The notes beneath the pieces were generated by a model, which saw only the letters and a program-made list of their open reading frames with translations, searched no databases and was not told the origin of the DNA. This document shows positions 20,173 to 32,200 of a stretch of DNA of 64,000 nucleotides, piece by piece. Within the stretch, counting starts at the first letter, position 1; each line of letters starts with the position of its first letter. The translations under genes were made by a program, and so were the position numbers. The DNA is from Coleofasciculus chthonoplastes F2-STO-03 (GTDB lineage Bacteria; Cyanobacteriota; Cyanobacteriia; Cyanobacteriales; Coleofasciculaceae): positions 1 through 64,000 of the forward strand of contig JAVJWO010000108.1 in assembly GCA_040222015.1 (NCBI GenBank), read 5' to 3'.

Positions 20173-20715
20173 GTGCCACTAGACTTCAACCAAATCCGTG
20201 AACTGCTAACCGCGATCGCTCAAACTGATATTGCGGAAGTGATATTGAAAAGTGATGACTTTGAACTGACGGTACGTAAAGGATTATCCGCCAGTCCTCC
20301 TATCGACTCGACAGTGAGTCGAACAGATACCGCTGTGGCGTCCAGCTTGGGAACAGCGGTGGCTGGAATGGCTCCCCCGCCGCCTCCCACTTCCACACCC
20401 ACACCTGAACCAGCACCATCGGCTCAAACGGGAACAGCTTCAGCTACACCGTCTCCAGGAGTGGAGTCAAAATGGGAAGAGGTGAAATCGCCGATGGTCG
20501 GTACATTTTATCGGGCACCATCGCCAGATGACGCCCCTTATGTGGAAGTTGGCGATCAGATTCGCGTCGGTCAAACTATCTGTATCATTGAAGCGATGAA
20601 GTTGATGAATGAACTAGAAGCCGAAATATCGGGACAAGTGATGGAAGTTTTGGTTGAAAATGGCGAACCGATTGAATATGGTCAACCGTTGATGCGGATC
20701 AATCCAGGTAAATAA
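20173..20715 (+). CDS. accB: Acetyl-CoA carboxylase biotin carboxyl carrier protein
   Basis: SPMVGTFY and EAMKLMN; efp-accB synteny. Confidence 0.96.
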   Translation: MPLDFNQIRELLTAIAQTDIAEVILKSDDFELTVRKGLSASPPIDSTVSRTDTAVASSLGTAVAGMAPPPPPTSTPTPEPAPSAQTGTASATPSPGVESKWEEVKSPMVGTFYRAPSPDDAPYVEVGDQIRVGQTICIIEAMKLMNELEAEISGQVMEVLVENGEPIEYGQPLMRINPGK

Positions 20716-20808
20716 GCGGTGTAAAGGATTGATGATTATTACTCTATTGTTATCAATTGACCAAAAATAGGCTAAAATCTGATGATCACCTAATTTCGGG
20801 TTAGACCG

Positions 20809-21162
20809 ATGCCAAGACTAAAAACTGTCCCCCAAGAGGTCGTCCAACAAGTTTCTGAGTATTTTAGTATCTTAAGCGAACCCATGCGCCTACGCCTGCT
20901 CAATTTACTCCGTGAAGGTGAAAAATGTGTCCAAGAATTGGTAGAAGCCACAGAAACAAGTCAGGCAAATGTCTCTAAGCACCTGAAAGTGATGTTACAG
21001 GCGGGAATACTCAGCCGCCGCACTGAAGGCACATCTGCCTACTATAAGGTAGAAGATGAGCTGATTTTTGACCTATGTAATTTAGTGTGCGATCGCCTAG
21101 CTACCCGCATCGAACAACAAGCCCGCCATTTTCGGAACTTTACTTTGACGAACAAAGGATAG
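20809..21162 (+). CDS. ArsR/SmtB family transcriptional regulator
   Basis: LSEPMRLRLL...SQANVSKHLKV winged HTH. Confidence 0.88.
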   Translation: MPRLKTVPQEVVQQVSEYFSILSEPMRLRLLNLLREGEKCVQELVEATETSQANVSKHLKVMLQAGILSRRTEGTSAYYKVEDELIFDLCNLVCDRLATRIEQQARHFRNFTLTNKG

Positions 21163-21335
21163 AAGGGGAATTTTTTTGTCCAAAAACTGAACCGAACAGG
21201 CGATCTAAGTACCTGGACATAAATTCTGTTCACTGTACTCAGAACTATTAACAAGCGTCAAAACCTTACTGTTCCCCGTTCCCCGTTCCCTGTTTCCTTG
21301 TCCTCATGCTCAACTTTAATCATGGTTGTTTGACC

Positions 21336-21944
21336 TTAAAGTTGAAAGTTTGTTTCAAAGTTTTGGCGAGTCATCGGTTGATCGACGATCAACCCTTCAC
21401 CTCCTAAGACTTCGAGGGGTTTTCCTTCCACATCAATCCAGACTTGAGCATCCGGATCTAAGCTGGTGGCTGTATAGATAATTTGTCCGAGGCGGCTTTG
21501 CATCGAAGTACTGCCACCCCCTGTGGTAAAGTCTTCAGATAGATCCAGATGCACTCCGTCAGATTTGATAGAAAGATTCTGTAACTCAGTTCCTTCGGGA
21601 ATTGCCGATGCTACCGCTTGCTGTTCAGGTCCAGACAATAATTGCTGGAATGCCATCTCTAAAACTTCAGAGGGATTATCAGCATTTTCGACGGGAATGG
21701 AACTGGCAACCAGTTCCATTTGATTATTGACAGCATCAACCCAATATACTTGAACCTCTTGTTCAGTCGCTGGCGGCGTGTCTTGGGGCGATTGGGAGAG
21801 GGTCGGAACTTCGGATTGGGGAGGTGAGGCGGTCATCGTATTCCACGCCCACCAAGCGCCTCCAGCAGCGGCGGCTAACATGGCGACGGAAACACCAGCG
21901 ATAAAACTTGTGGGAATGCGACGTGTGTTTTGTGGATTTTGCAT
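21336..21944 (-). CDS. GerMN domain protein
   Basis: TM anchor; SAIPEGT, DLSEDF, GGGS and QIIYTAT. Confidence 0.85.
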   Translation of the reverse strand: MQNPQNTRRIPTSFIAGVSVAMLAAAAGGAWWAWNTMTASPPQSEVPTLSQSPQDTPPATEQEVQVYWVDAVNNQMELVASSIPVENADNPSEVLEMAFQQLLSGPEQQAVASAIPEGTELQNLSIKSDGVHLDLSEDFTTGGGSTSMQSRLGQIIYTATSLDPDAQVWIDVEGKPLEVLGGEGLIVDQPMTRQNFETNFQL

Positions 21945-22149
21945 AGTTATTACCTGTCCAATCGTTCAATGTTTTGTAGGATTAAGAAAAAATGTGATAT
22001 TGTTTCACTGACAATGTTCCCTCTGTTTCCTTAACAAGGGCGGGTTTAGTTCAGTTAGGGCTTATCTCCAAAACGTTAGCGGTAAAACCCGCCCCTACAG
22101 AACGTATAAACTACCCAGACCTTAGGTGGGAAACGTATGAGGTGCAGGT

Positions 22150-22938
22150 TTAGTCCGCTTGCGGTACATCAGCTCGAACAAATGCGGCTACCTGTAGATC
22201 CTGATTATCTATCTCTAATTGTAAGAGTCTGACCGTAATCCCAGCATCTTCCAAGCTACGGAGATTGGCGCGATCGCTTAATCCCCTAGCTAAGCCTTCA
22301 ACCAAGGGAGACGGTAACGTTTGACCATCAACGGTTACTTTTGGTTCAATCAGTTGCAAGCGATGTCCGGCTTCAATCCCCAATCCAGATTCCACAACGA
22401 TGGCTAAGGATTGACGATTCCCTTCCACTGCATCCACTTGGAAACGCAGGCGATTATTTCCCAGTAACTCTAATCGAGGATTGAGAAACTGGTAACGCTG
22501 TGCGGTATCTCTGGAGAGACGACTACCGAGTTGTTGTAATTTGGCGGCAACTCTAGGAGACTGAAGCATCTGGTTGAGATCCGATTCGGTTAAAACCAGA
22601 CGCACCCCTGCTTGTAACGGTTGACGTAACGAGGCTAAGGGCGACGTTTGACCCTCCTGTCTCAGACGTTTGATATCCAGATTAATCGGATCAGTTTCGA
22701 CTTCTAGAACCTCAATCCGAATGTCTGGCGTCAACCATACCCCTCGACCGGCGATGCGGACTTGTTCGAGTTTTCCTTGCAAAGCTCGGTAGTTCGGCGT
22801 ATTGTCAATCCGCACATCAAGCTGTTCAACTCTCTCCAATTGAGAACTTAGGATATTTTCCACCACGCGATCGATGATTAAGCCCGGAGGGGAAACCAGG
22901 GTGAGTAACGCCGATAGGAGGATGCTCAAAATTTCCAT
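22150..22938 (-). CDS. DUF2993/LmeA-like protein
   Basis: Signal/TM N-terminus; LQGKLEQVRIAGRG, LTESDLN. Confidence 0.75.
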   Translation of the reverse strand: MEILSILLSALLTLVSPPGLIIDRVVENILSSQLERVEQLDVRIDNTPNYRALQGKLEQVRIAGRGVWLTPDIRIEVLEVETDPINLDIKRLRQEGQTSPLASLRQPLQAGVRLVLTESDLNQMLQSPRVAAKLQQLGSRLSRDTAQRYQFLNPRLELLGNNRLRFQVDAVEGNRQSLAIVVESGLGIEAGHRLQLIEPKVTVDGQTLPSPLVEGLARGLSDRANLRSLEDAGITVRLLQLEIDNQDLQVAAFVRADVPQAD

Positions 22939-23092
22939 ATTTCGGTGGATTTGTTTACATTACTTAACATTTAATCCCTAAATCTTTAAACTTTATTGCA
23001 GTTTTATTACAGAGTGAGAGCCGATTGCCATAGGCATGATACCTTCAATGAGGTGTTGACGAAAAGCACAAGCCTAAGGAAAGGAGGACATT

Positions 23093-23293
23093 TTGGATTT
23101 GCGTTCTGCTCAAACCCCCAACGACTTTGTTCATGAAGATATTAGTGAGTACGTGGCTCAGCTCCAGCTACACATGGCGTTACAAGCCCGGAATTTAGTC
23201 CCGACTCTCACCAAGGCAGTAGATAGCCGAGAGCAGTTGTTACAGCAAACCCAAGCCACCTTGGAAAAGCTAGCGTCTCGACAGGCGGTTTAG
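23093..23293 (+). CDS. Small conserved-looking hypothetical protein
   Basis: Strong RBS (AAGGAGG) before TTG; plausible 66-aa ORF. Confidence 0.6.
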   Translation: MDLRSAQTPNDFVHEDISEYVAQLQLHMALQARNLVPTLTKAVDSREQLLQQTQATLEKLASRQAV

Positions 23294-23392
23294 TTGAGTG
23301 TTGAGTGTTGAGTGGTGAGTGTTGACCCTTCACTTCGCTCGGTTGTTTGACAAATGACCAATGACAAATGACAAATGACGAATGACCAATAA

Positions 23393-24394
23393 TTAACGAC
23401 TCGCCAAAACTAAAGCATCGGCATAGTTTAAAGCCTCTTGCCACACAGCATAGCCGCGTTTGGCGAGATGAATCCCATCAGTGGTTAACTCCCGTTGCAT
23501 TTGACCCTGATTATTCACAAACAAACGGTGCAGGTTAAGATAGCCTGCACCTTCTTGTTGTGCGATCGCGGCGATGTGTTGATTTAGGTTGCGGATGCGA
23601 TCGCTCTTAATCGCAGGCAACCGTGTGGGTAAAATAGACTGAACAATAATTTGGGCTTGTGGGTGGTTCTGGCGTAAGCGCTGGATGATTTGGCGGGTAT
23701 TATCGAGAATCACGCGATCGCGAACGCCCTGACGCAAGTCGTTGGTGCCAGCCATGACATAGATTGTATCGGGTCGGGTTTGGGAAAAAGCCGAGAGTCG
23801 CTCCAGAATTTGGCTAGAGTTTTCCCCAGAAATCCCCTGATTCAGCCAAAATTGACCGCTAGGTAGGTTGGCTGTAGGAAACCAAAGACTCAAGGAATCG
23901 CCCACTAATATAGACAGGCGATTATTCCCCTGTCCCCTCGCCATCGCTTTCGCTTCTTCTGCGAGTAGCTGTTTCCATTGAGTATGAGTGGGTTTAGCCA
24001 GTGTCGCTTTACTCCAAACCGACTGGAAACTATCAGCCGGGAGGCGGGTATAGGTTTGACCTCTATTTAATGCGGCTAATCGTTGGTAATAGAGTTGGGT
24101 TCCCGATTTAGGGGAAATGTTACTTTTAGAGTTTGTAGTCAGTGCTTGATTCGTGGTGGCACTAAAGTGCCCACTACTAACCGATGAACTAAACTCAACA
24201 CCAGGGGTTTCAATTCTAGGGATAATCGGTTGAGTGACGACGGAGTGCGATTGATCAGTTTTAGCAGAAGCCAACAAAGCCGACAAATTCTCGAACAGGT
24301 TGGGAACCAGTGGCGGTGGCGGGGGTGCAGATACGGGACCTACGGTAAGCAGACTGGCTGCTAGTAAATACGGATCGCTCATGGTACATTCCAT
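23393..24394 (-). CDS. SGNH/GDSL hydrolase
   Basis: GDSL, NQGISG, GTND and DGIH blocks. Confidence 0.9.
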   Translation of the reverse strand: MECTMSDPYLLAASLLTVGPVSAPPPPPLVPNLFENLSALLASAKTDQSHSVVTQPIIPRIETPGVEFSSSVSSGHFSATTNQALTTNSKSNISPKSGTQLYYQRLAALNRGQTYTRLPADSFQSVWSKATLAKPTHTQWKQLLAEEAKAMARGQGNNRLSILVGDSLSLWFPTANLPSGQFWLNQGISGENSSQILERLSAFSQTRPDTIYVMAGTNDLRQGVRDRVILDNTRQIIQRLRQNHPQAQIIVQSILPTRLPAIKSDRIRNLNQHIAAIAQQEGAGYLNLHRLFVNNQGQMQRELTTDGIHLAKRGYAVWQEALNYADALVLASR

Positions 24395-24482
24395 TACTCT
24401 CTCTTTTTCCTTTGACAGGAATTTGCCAGAGTATCAGGAATATATGGTAGAGGGCAGAAGGCAGGAGGGAAGGTGACTGATA

Positions 24483-24806
24483 TCACTTCTGCACATTTTG
24501 CTCCCGCAAAAAAGCAATAATGACGGCTTTTCTCAGGGTTGCCTCGATGGAATTGATAAAGCCTATCGCAACGAATAGATTATTCATTGACAATTTTATG
24601 GTTTGTAAAGCATTGTTGACTTCTATTTGATTGTCCTCGATCCATTTTTCTAGAAATTTATGCTCGGTTAACGCTTCGTCAATATCATTCTGAGGAAAAA
24701 TTTGCTGCAATTTGGATGATTTTCTCATAGAGTTAATTTTCTTGCCCAAACCCTCTCCAGATGAGTTCACTTGAGGACGGGTGAATAAGGCAGAAAGTCT
24801 TGGCAT
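24483..24806 (-). CDS. Hypothetical protein
   Basis: 107-aa ORF only; no recognised motif. Confidence 0.35.
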   Translation of the reverse strand: MPRLSALFTRPQVNSSGEGLGKKINSMRKSSKLQQIFPQNDIDEALTEHKFLEKWIEDNQIEVNNALQTIKLSMNNLFVAIGFINSIEATLRKAVIIAFLREQNVQK

Positions 24807-25096
24807 GATTGATGTTGGACGAACGGTTTCACTTAATATATTGACACAGTTGGAAGGTATTGTGTTTAAAAATACATACGAGAATAAGCGTAAAAAATAC
24901 TACGTCAATTATCGTAAATCTTGTCAAGTATTATTTTTTTCCAAAAGATATAAATTCCACAAAAAAAATGATATAAAAATAAATAAAATTTGTCCCCCTA
25001 AGCTTTTCGATAAATTCATACTTTAGAGTGAAAACCAAAAAGCAGCACTTCGCTATAATGATAGATTGAATAAAAACCTGGAGGGAAATCTACACG

Positions 25097-25294
25097 ATGG
25101 CAACGATGAAATTCAACGTTCCGAGTATTGCTTGTGATGCTTGCGCTAAAACCATTAGTGAAGGGATTCGTACCCACGAACCTGAAGCGAAAGTCGATGT
25201 TGATGTGGCAAATAAGATGGTTAGTGTGGAAACTGAGGCGTCTCAGGAGTCAATTAAACAAGTCATTACCTCTGTTGGGCATCAGGTGGAATAA
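25097..25294 (+). CDS. atx1: Heavy-metal-associated copper chaperone (Atx1/CopZ-like)
   Basis: IACDAC metal motif, C-terminal GH, RBS GGAGG. Confidence 0.85.
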   Translation: MATMKFNVPSIACDACAKTISEGIRTHEPEAKVDVDVANKMVSVETEASQESIKQVITSVGHQVE

Positions 25295-25382
25295 TACCGA
25301 TTCTGGCATTATAGAACTCTCTTTTTTATAAATTGTAGAGACGCGCCATGGCGCGTCTCTACAGGTTGGGAATCTAGTCGAA

Positions 25383-27329
25383 TTAGCCAGAGATTCCTGA
25401 TGCTGTTGGTATTTGGGAATCTGAACGGTTTGCTCCCAAGCGCGATCGCACTTCCAAATACACCAGTAAGGCGTTAATATCGGCTGGGTTAACCCCCCCA
25501 ATGCGAGACGCTTGTCCAATTGTCAGGGGTTTCACCTGAGATAATTTCTCGCGAGACTCCTTGGATAAGGTTTCAATGGCATCATAATCCAGATTCACAG
25601 GTAATCGTCGCTGGCTTTGACGAGATACTTGATCAATCTGATTTTGCTGGCGTTGCAGATATCCCGCATATTTAATATCAATTTCCGCGCCGTCTCGTTC
25701 AGCTTGGTTGAGACTGGCATTGTCTAATCCATAGTGATCCAGATTAACGTAGTGGAATTTGGGACGACGTAATAATTCAGCCAGCGTAATCGAACCCTTA
25801 ATCCGTTGCTGAGTATCCGACGCGATCGCAACACCTAATTCCTCATGTTCCTTAATCCGTACTGTCTGGAGTCGTTCCTTCTCCGCCGCAATATTCGCTT
25901 GTTTTTCAGTATACAGTTGCCAACGGCGGTTCTCAATTAAGCCAATCTCTCGCCCCAAGGGAGTCAGACGGCGATCAGCATTATCGGAACGCAGGAGTAA
26001 CCGATACTCGGAACGACTGGTTAGCATCCGGTAGGGTTCTCGCAAATCTTTCGTACATAAATCATCAATTAATGTACCGATATAGCTTTCCTCACGGGGA
26101 AACACCAACATCTCTTGATGTCGCACATAGCGTACCGCATTAATCCCCGCCACAATCCCCTGGGCGGCGGCTTCTTCATATCCCGTCGTCCCATTAATTT
26201 GTCCGGCGCAAAATAGCCCCTCTACTTTTTTCGTCATTAATGTGGGAAAACACTGAGTTGCGGGCAGATAATCATACTCCACCGCATAAGCTGGACGTAG
26301 CATGGAACAGTTTTCCAATCCAGGGAGCGATCGCAACATTTGCAACTGTAGCTTCTCTGGTAATCCTGTGGAGAATCCTTGGATATAGAGTTCGGGAATG
26401 TCTCGCCCTTCCGGTTCAATAAAGATCTGGTGGCTTGGCTTATCCGCAAACCGGACAATTTTATCTTCAATACTAGGACAGTAACGGGGTCCTTTTGCAT
26501 CCACCCAACCCCCATAAACCGGAGATAAATGCAGATTGTCCCGAATCAACTGATGCGTTTGTGCCGTGGTACGGGTAATATAACAATTCATCTGTTCCCG
26601 TTCCACCCACACCTCTGGATCAAAGCTGAACCAAGATACCGCTTCATCCCCAGGTTGAGGTTCCATCTTACTGTAATCCACCGATCGCTTATCCACCCGC
26701 GCTGGAGTTCCCGTCTTCAAGCGTCCCGTTTCAAACCCCAGTCGGTTCAGGGTTTCCGTCAATCCCACCGCTGCAAATTCCCCAGCGCGTCCAGCGGACA
26801 TTGACTTATTTCCCACCCAAATACATCCACCCAGGAACGTTCCCGTTGTTAATATAACCGCAGGGGCTTGGAATGCTACACCAAAATAAGTCTGAACACC
26901 GATAACCTGATCATTCGCACCCAGGACTAAATCCGTCACCATCCCTTCCCGGATAACCAAATTCTCCTGGTTCTCAACAATCCGTTTCATCACCGCCGCG
27001 TATTCCCGCTTATCGGTTTGCGCCCGTAACGCCCAAACTGCAGGTCCGCGCGACTGATTTAATACCCGCTTTTGGAGATAGGTTCGGTCTGCCATCTTAC
27101 CAATTTCTCCCCCCAAAGCGTCTACCTCGTGGGCGAGTTGGGATTTAGCTGGGGCACCCACAGCGGGGTTACAAGGTTGCCAAGCAATTTTATCCAGGTT
27201 CAGGGTAAGTAGCATAGTGCGACATCCCAGACGGGCGGCGGCGAGTGCGGCTTCGCAGCCCGAATGTCCGGCACCGACAACGATGACATCAAAAGCGTCT
27301 TGGAAATCTACGGCGGAATCTGTGGTCAT
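25383..27329 (-). CDS. mnmG: tRNA uridine-5-carboxymethylaminomethyl modification enzyme
   Basis: [39 protein letters not shown]. Confidence 0.97.
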   Translation of the reverse strand: MTTDSAVDFQDAFDVIVVGAGHSGCEAALAAARLGCRTMLLTLNLDKIAWQPCNPAVGAPAKSQLAHEVDALGGEIGKMADRTYLQKRVLNQSRGPAVWALRAQTDKREYAAVMKRIVENQENLVIREGMVTDLVLGANDQVIGVQTYFGVAFQAPAVILTTGTFLGGCIWVGNKSMSAGRAGEFAAVGLTETLNRLGFETGRLKTGTPARVDKRSVDYSKMEPQPGDEAVSWFSFDPEVWVEREQMNCYITRTTAQTHQLIRDNLHLSPVYGGWVDAKGPRYCPSIEDKIVRFADKPSHQIFIEPEGRDIPELYIQGFSTGLPEKLQLQMLRSLPGLENCSMLRPAYAVEYDYLPATQCFPTLMTKKVEGLFCAGQINGTTGYEEAAAQGIVAGINAVRYVRHQEMLVFPREESYIGTLIDDLCTKDLREPYRMLTSRSEYRLLLRSDNADRRLTPLGREIGLIENRRWQLYTEKQANIAAEKERLQTVRIKEHEELGVAIASDTQQRIKGSITLAELLRRPKFHYVNLDHYGLDNASLNQAERDGAEIDIKYAGYLQRQQNQIDQVSRQSQRRLPVNLDYDAIETLSKESREKLSQVKPLTIGQASRIGGVNPADINALLVYLEVRSRLGANRSDSQIPTASGISG

Positions 27330-27506
27330 GATTAGTGTTTGAGTGACAAGGACTCATGGTTCATTTTACCGAATTCCCTGGTAGAGATGTGCCATGGCGC
27401 ATCTCTACTGTTTTACCGTTATCGTCATGCAACGTAGGGGCACCATCCTTGCGCCCTTAACTTGATTCTGCGAGAAGTCTCCCGCCATAATCTACGATTT
27501 GTCATT

Positions 27507-27565
27507 TTGAGCTAATGCAAAGAGCTGGAATGTCTGCTGATGATTTCCCTGAGGACGTGGATTAA
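27507..27565 (+). pseudogene. 3' fragment of an XRE-HTH gene; direct repeat of 34241-34299
   Basis: 59-nt match with about 8 mismatches, encoding ELMQRAGMSADDFPEDVD*. Confidence 0.6.
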
Positions 27566-27718
27566 GGTGGGTTGAGCGAAGTCGAAACCCACCCTACGGT
27601 ATATGAAAGGTTTCGGCGATTTTTGATGCAAATTTTCAGTGCTATTCTGGTAATAAAAATCAGTAAAATTGTATTACAATAAATTCACTTAAATCAGGTC
27701 AAGGATGAGAATTGAGGA

Positions 27719-28741
27719 GTGACTAAAATGAGCGAATATGATTCGCCATGGAAGGAAAGCATTTCGCTATATTTTCGGGAGTTTTTGAGTTTTTTCTATC
27801 CACGCATAGAAGAGGACATTGATTGGGAACGAGGATTTGAATTTTTAGACACTGAGTTACAACAAATCAAGCGAGAGACAGAAACGGGTAGGAGAGATGC
27901 GGATAAGTTGGTGAAAGTTTGGCGTCGTAGCGGGGAGGAGGAATGGGTTCTTGTCCATGTAGAAGTGCAATCACAGCGTCAAAGCGAGTTTAGTGAGCGG
28001 ATGTACCTGTATCACAGCCGGATTTTCGATAGGTATCGTCGCAGTGTGGTGAGTTTGGGAATACTCGGCGATGAGCAACCGGGTTGGCGCCCCAGTCGGT
28101 ATGAGCGTGAATTGTGGGGGTGTCGGGCAATACTGGAATTTCCAGTGGTGAAACTGCTAGATTACAGTATGGATGAGCTTGCGAGTAGTCAAAACCCATT
28201 GGCGGCGATAGTACAGGCGCACCTTTCTGCTCAAGTTGCCGGGAAAGATGTTGGGGTTGGATATGAAAGCAAGCTGTCTCTGATTAAGAGTTTATATGAG
28301 CGTGGGTATGGGCGAGAGGATATCGTTCAATTATTTCGATTAATCGATTGGTTTATTGCCTTACCGAAGAGAGAAGAGGATCGATTGTGGCAAGAGATAC
28401 AAACGTTAGAAGAGGAGAGAAAAATGCCTTATATTACCAGTGTTGAACGAATCGGAATCAGGAAGGGCTTGGAGCAGGGATTGGAGAAAGGCTTACAACA
28501 AGGACGACAAGAAGATATTGTCCGTATTCTTGAACTTCGGTTTGAAGATATTCCGCAGAACTTGAGGGAATTAATTGGAAAAATAGAAGCTCTTGAGGTG
28601 CTAGGTACTCTTCTGGTTCAGGCGGTGACAACTCAATCCTTAAAGGCATTTGAATCTGTGGCGAATCAATTGATTACAGAGGCGGGATTGGAATTGGAGG
28701 ACACAGAATCGAGTGCGGGGGAAGAGGCGAATGAGACGTAA
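27719..28741 (+). CDS. Rpn/YhgA-like PD-(D/E)XK nuclease (putative transposase family)
   Basis: YDSPWKE, DKLVKV, HVEVQSQ, MPYITSVER and GLEQG repeats. Confidence 0.8.
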   Translation: MTKMSEYDSPWKESISLYFREFLSFFYPRIEEDIDWERGFEFLDTELQQIKRETETGRRDADKLVKVWRRSGEEEWVLVHVEVQSQRQSEFSERMYLYHSRIFDRYRRSVVSLGILGDEQPGWRPSRYERELWGCRAILEFPVVKLLDYSMDELASSQNPLAAIVQAHLSAQVAGKDVGVGYESKLSLIKSLYERGYGREDIVQLFRLIDWFIALPKREEDRLWQEIQTLEEERKMPYITSVERIGIRKGLEQGLEKGLQQGRQEDIVRILELRFEDIPQNLRELIGKIEALEVLGTLLVQAVTTQSLKAFESVANQLITEAGLELEDTESSAGEEANET

Positions 28742-28771
28742 ACAAAAAGTTAGGTTTTATTGAGCAAGAAT

Positions 28772-29167
28772 TTGTGCGATCGCTGGTATGGGCAAGAGGA
28801 TATAGTTCTATTATTTCGATTGCTCGATTTGTTTATTGCCCTACCTGAAAGTGAAAAATAACACTTGCATAAAGACATACAAACCTTAGAAAAGAAGAGG
28901 AAAATGCATTACATTAGTAGTGTTGAACGAATCGGAATCAGGAAGGGGTTACAACAAGGAAGACAAGGCTCTATTATTCGTACTCTTGAAGTTCGCTTTG
29001 AAGATATTCCGCAGAAATTGAGGAAATTAATTGGGAAAATAGAGGCTTTTGAGGTGCTAGAAACTATTCTGGTCCAGGCGGTGACGACTCAATCCTTAGA
29101 GGAATTTGAATCTGTGGTAAATCAATTTGTTACTGAGGAGGGGTTGGAATTGCAGAACACAGAGTAA
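28772..29167 (+). pseudogene. Diverged duplicate of the 3' third of the preceding Rpn-like gene
   Basis: Aligns to RGYGREDIV...; in-frame TAA at 28859; the downstream part is open from MHYISSVER. Confidence 0.7.
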
Positions 29168-29287
29168 TCCCGTTTTTGCCGAGGCGACTGGAAGTCACGG
29201 CTACACAAACAAAGTCCGCCTTCGCGGACTAGATAATATCAGTATTAACTCTTTGCTGGGGCATGGCGCTCAATTATCATAATCGCA

Positions 29288-32200
29288 TTAATTCAAATCA
29301 GCAACAACTTTTGCCACTGATTCTGCTTGTTCAGGATATAATCGCGCTATTAATCCGCACATTTGATAGGCAGTTTCAAGATTGTAAGCGCAGGGAACTA
29401 ATAAGCGTTTAAAGTTATTTTTGTCTTTGAGTTGGACAAGAATAACAGCAATGTGGCATAAGAGTTGATTGCGATTAATCAAAACTTTTTCGGCTGTGTT
29501 AAATGCTTGTTCAACTTGTCCTGCCATTACCTGTATCTGGGCAATCCTCCAAAGTGCTTTCAGTCGTTTCTGTTCATCTGTTATCTTTTCTTTAGCCTTG
29601 AAAACTGCGTTCAGCGTTCCTGAAAGCCCATCTTGAGCTCCTTGGTTCCATTGAAATGAAGCGATATCCGAGAGCGTTTTTGCTTGCGTCCATCCATCCT
29701 CGATCTTGTTTGTGTTTTCCCAAGCCAGAGTAATTTCTCCCACTTTTACCTGTGAACCCGCTACTGTTGATAGAAGCGAGTCTGGGTTTGTCTTAATTCT
29801 TTTAGCTTTTTCTTCTTCAATTATCTCACAAGCTTCAGCCCAAATATCTAATGCTGCTTGCCTTTCTCCTAGTTCCTGCCAAGCCACTGCTATCGAACTT
29901 AGCGTTGTGACTGCATGGTCAAATCCCCCATTCCAAGAACTGAGTGCATTCTCATGAATAGTAGTGAGGGCTGTTTTTAATCTTTCCCTCTGTTCTGCCT
30001 CTGGATGTACCTGTGCCAGCGTTTGTAGAACTAGGGCTTTATGACCAATCAGTTTAATCTTTTCTACCGTCTCTAAGGCAGCATCAAACTCTCCGGCTTT
30101 TGCCTGAGCTATGCCTATTGTTTTGAACAATTCAACAATATGCCAATCTGTATGATTTGGAGAATTTTGCTTTTCGATCTTCTGTACAATATCAATAGCT
30201 TCGGTGAAAATGCCTTTCACCTGGTTTCTTTTACCTAATTTAGCGTAAACTTCACCCAACCTGGCTAAGATGTTTACTTTTTGACTCAGCTTTTTAATGT
30301 TCTTAGCAATTTCATGGGCATCCTTAGCGTAAGCGAGTCCTTTTTCGTTCTGAGCAGATAGAAGCAACAACTCTGCCATATTGAGCAAAGTAGAAGCTGA
30401 TTGATATGAAACGTCATAATCCAAGGAATATTTAAGTCCCAGGGCAAAAGTATCTCGTGCTTCTTTGGCTAGACCAATTTGATACTGTATTGTAGCTATT
30501 GATTTGAGCAATTCAAGTTTTGTTAATGTATTGAACAATCCGTTAGCAATTTGGATAGCATGACTAAAGTTTTTGGCATGGGCGTATGCTGTAGCTATTT
30601 CTACCAGAGCATCTTTTTGCTTGATTTGGGATTGAATATGACGTTCAAGTGTAAAGGCATCGTCAAATTTTCCGGCTGTAACCTGTCCTTTAATAATTTC
30701 TATCAATGCTTCATCTTTATCAGTTTGATTATCTGGCATATCAATCATGTTAGCAGTTTCAATCGCTTGGTCAAACCATCTCAGCTTGGTTTGTCCTTTA
30801 ACTATTGTTAACAGAGATTCTGCTTTGCGGCGTTTATTCTTAATTTGCCGTGCTGTTGTTATAGCATCGGTAAAATATTCTTGCCGTCGCTGAGCTTTCT
30901 GTGCCTGTACTGCTACAATCTCCTGGAGAATCATATCTTTATAATAGTCAGGACTATTGTCATAAATTCTATTTGCGGTTTCCAGAACATAAATAAAAAT
31001 TATATCGTCACACTCTTTCTGGTTTGCTATCGACGACAAAAGTCTTTCTATAGATTTAGGGTTAAGATTTGCAAGTTCTTCAGTGGTCTTAAGGGCATCA
31101 GCTAATTCTCCAATCTCAGCTTGCTTTCTAGCTATTCGACCAAGAAAATAATAGGACTTGCCTTTGTCTTGAATGTTCTGGGCAAATTGTTTCGCTCGAC
31201 TAAATGAGATTCGGGCTTGCTCTCTATCCCCAATTTTTGCTTGCGCTTTGGCAAGCTCTATCCAGTAGTCTTCTAAGTCACCTTGAAACTCAATTCGTTG
31301 CAGAGTTTCGCGGACGTCAGAAAACAGTCCTGCATCTGCCTGGTAATTTGCTATGTCAATCAAAGTCCTCATTCGATGCTTTTGATTTTCAATCTTGTGT
31401 GTTGCTTCGAGAGCTTCGCTAAAGGTGGCTCTTGCATCCTCTCTCTGTCCCAGTTTAATTTGCGCTTTGGCTATATCACCCATCCCCCATACCCACCAAC
31501 AGTTTGGAAAGGTTTGTCTTGTAATTTCAAGGGCTTTGGCAAAGACAATTTGTGCTTCTTGACTATTACCTTTCTCTGCTTGTGCCTTTAGTATCTCTGG
31601 GAATGGAAATGGTTTCTTCAATTCCAAAATAATCCATTCTACAATTTTAAGAGCAGCTTGAACCTTACCAAGTTCGGTGAGAAATATACAAAGCAAACCC
31701 GGAGCAGAATATTCAAAAAGCCTTTGATGCAAAGTGAGACAGGTTTCCTCACTCACTTCAAAAATATGAGCGAGGAAATATGCAGCATACTTGTGTTGCC
31801 AATCAGTAGCCCCATTGATTGGAAAAAAGGGTAAATTCTTCTGCTGTAATCTTTTCAACGTATCCCGTGCGTCATCCAGCTTGCCCTCATCTTTCAATTC
31901 CCACGCCAGCAGCAAATACCAAAGAATACAGCGCTCAATCTCATACTGATCCGCCAGTACCCATGCCCTTTTGAGACTATCCGATCGCAACGCCTCCAGT
32001 GGTGACTCTTGAGCATTCGTCTGCCCCAGTCTGTGTGCGTGTATCAGCACAAACTCAGCCATTCTCTCTGCCTTGTCTTCCTCCACTGCACCGAGCAAGG
32101 CAGCCTGCACTGTCTTCAAAGGCAAATCAGGCTCATTGGGTAATTGTTCGCTTTGGGTAGCCGCAAAGTCTGGATTTCGTGCGATCGCATACAATTCTTC

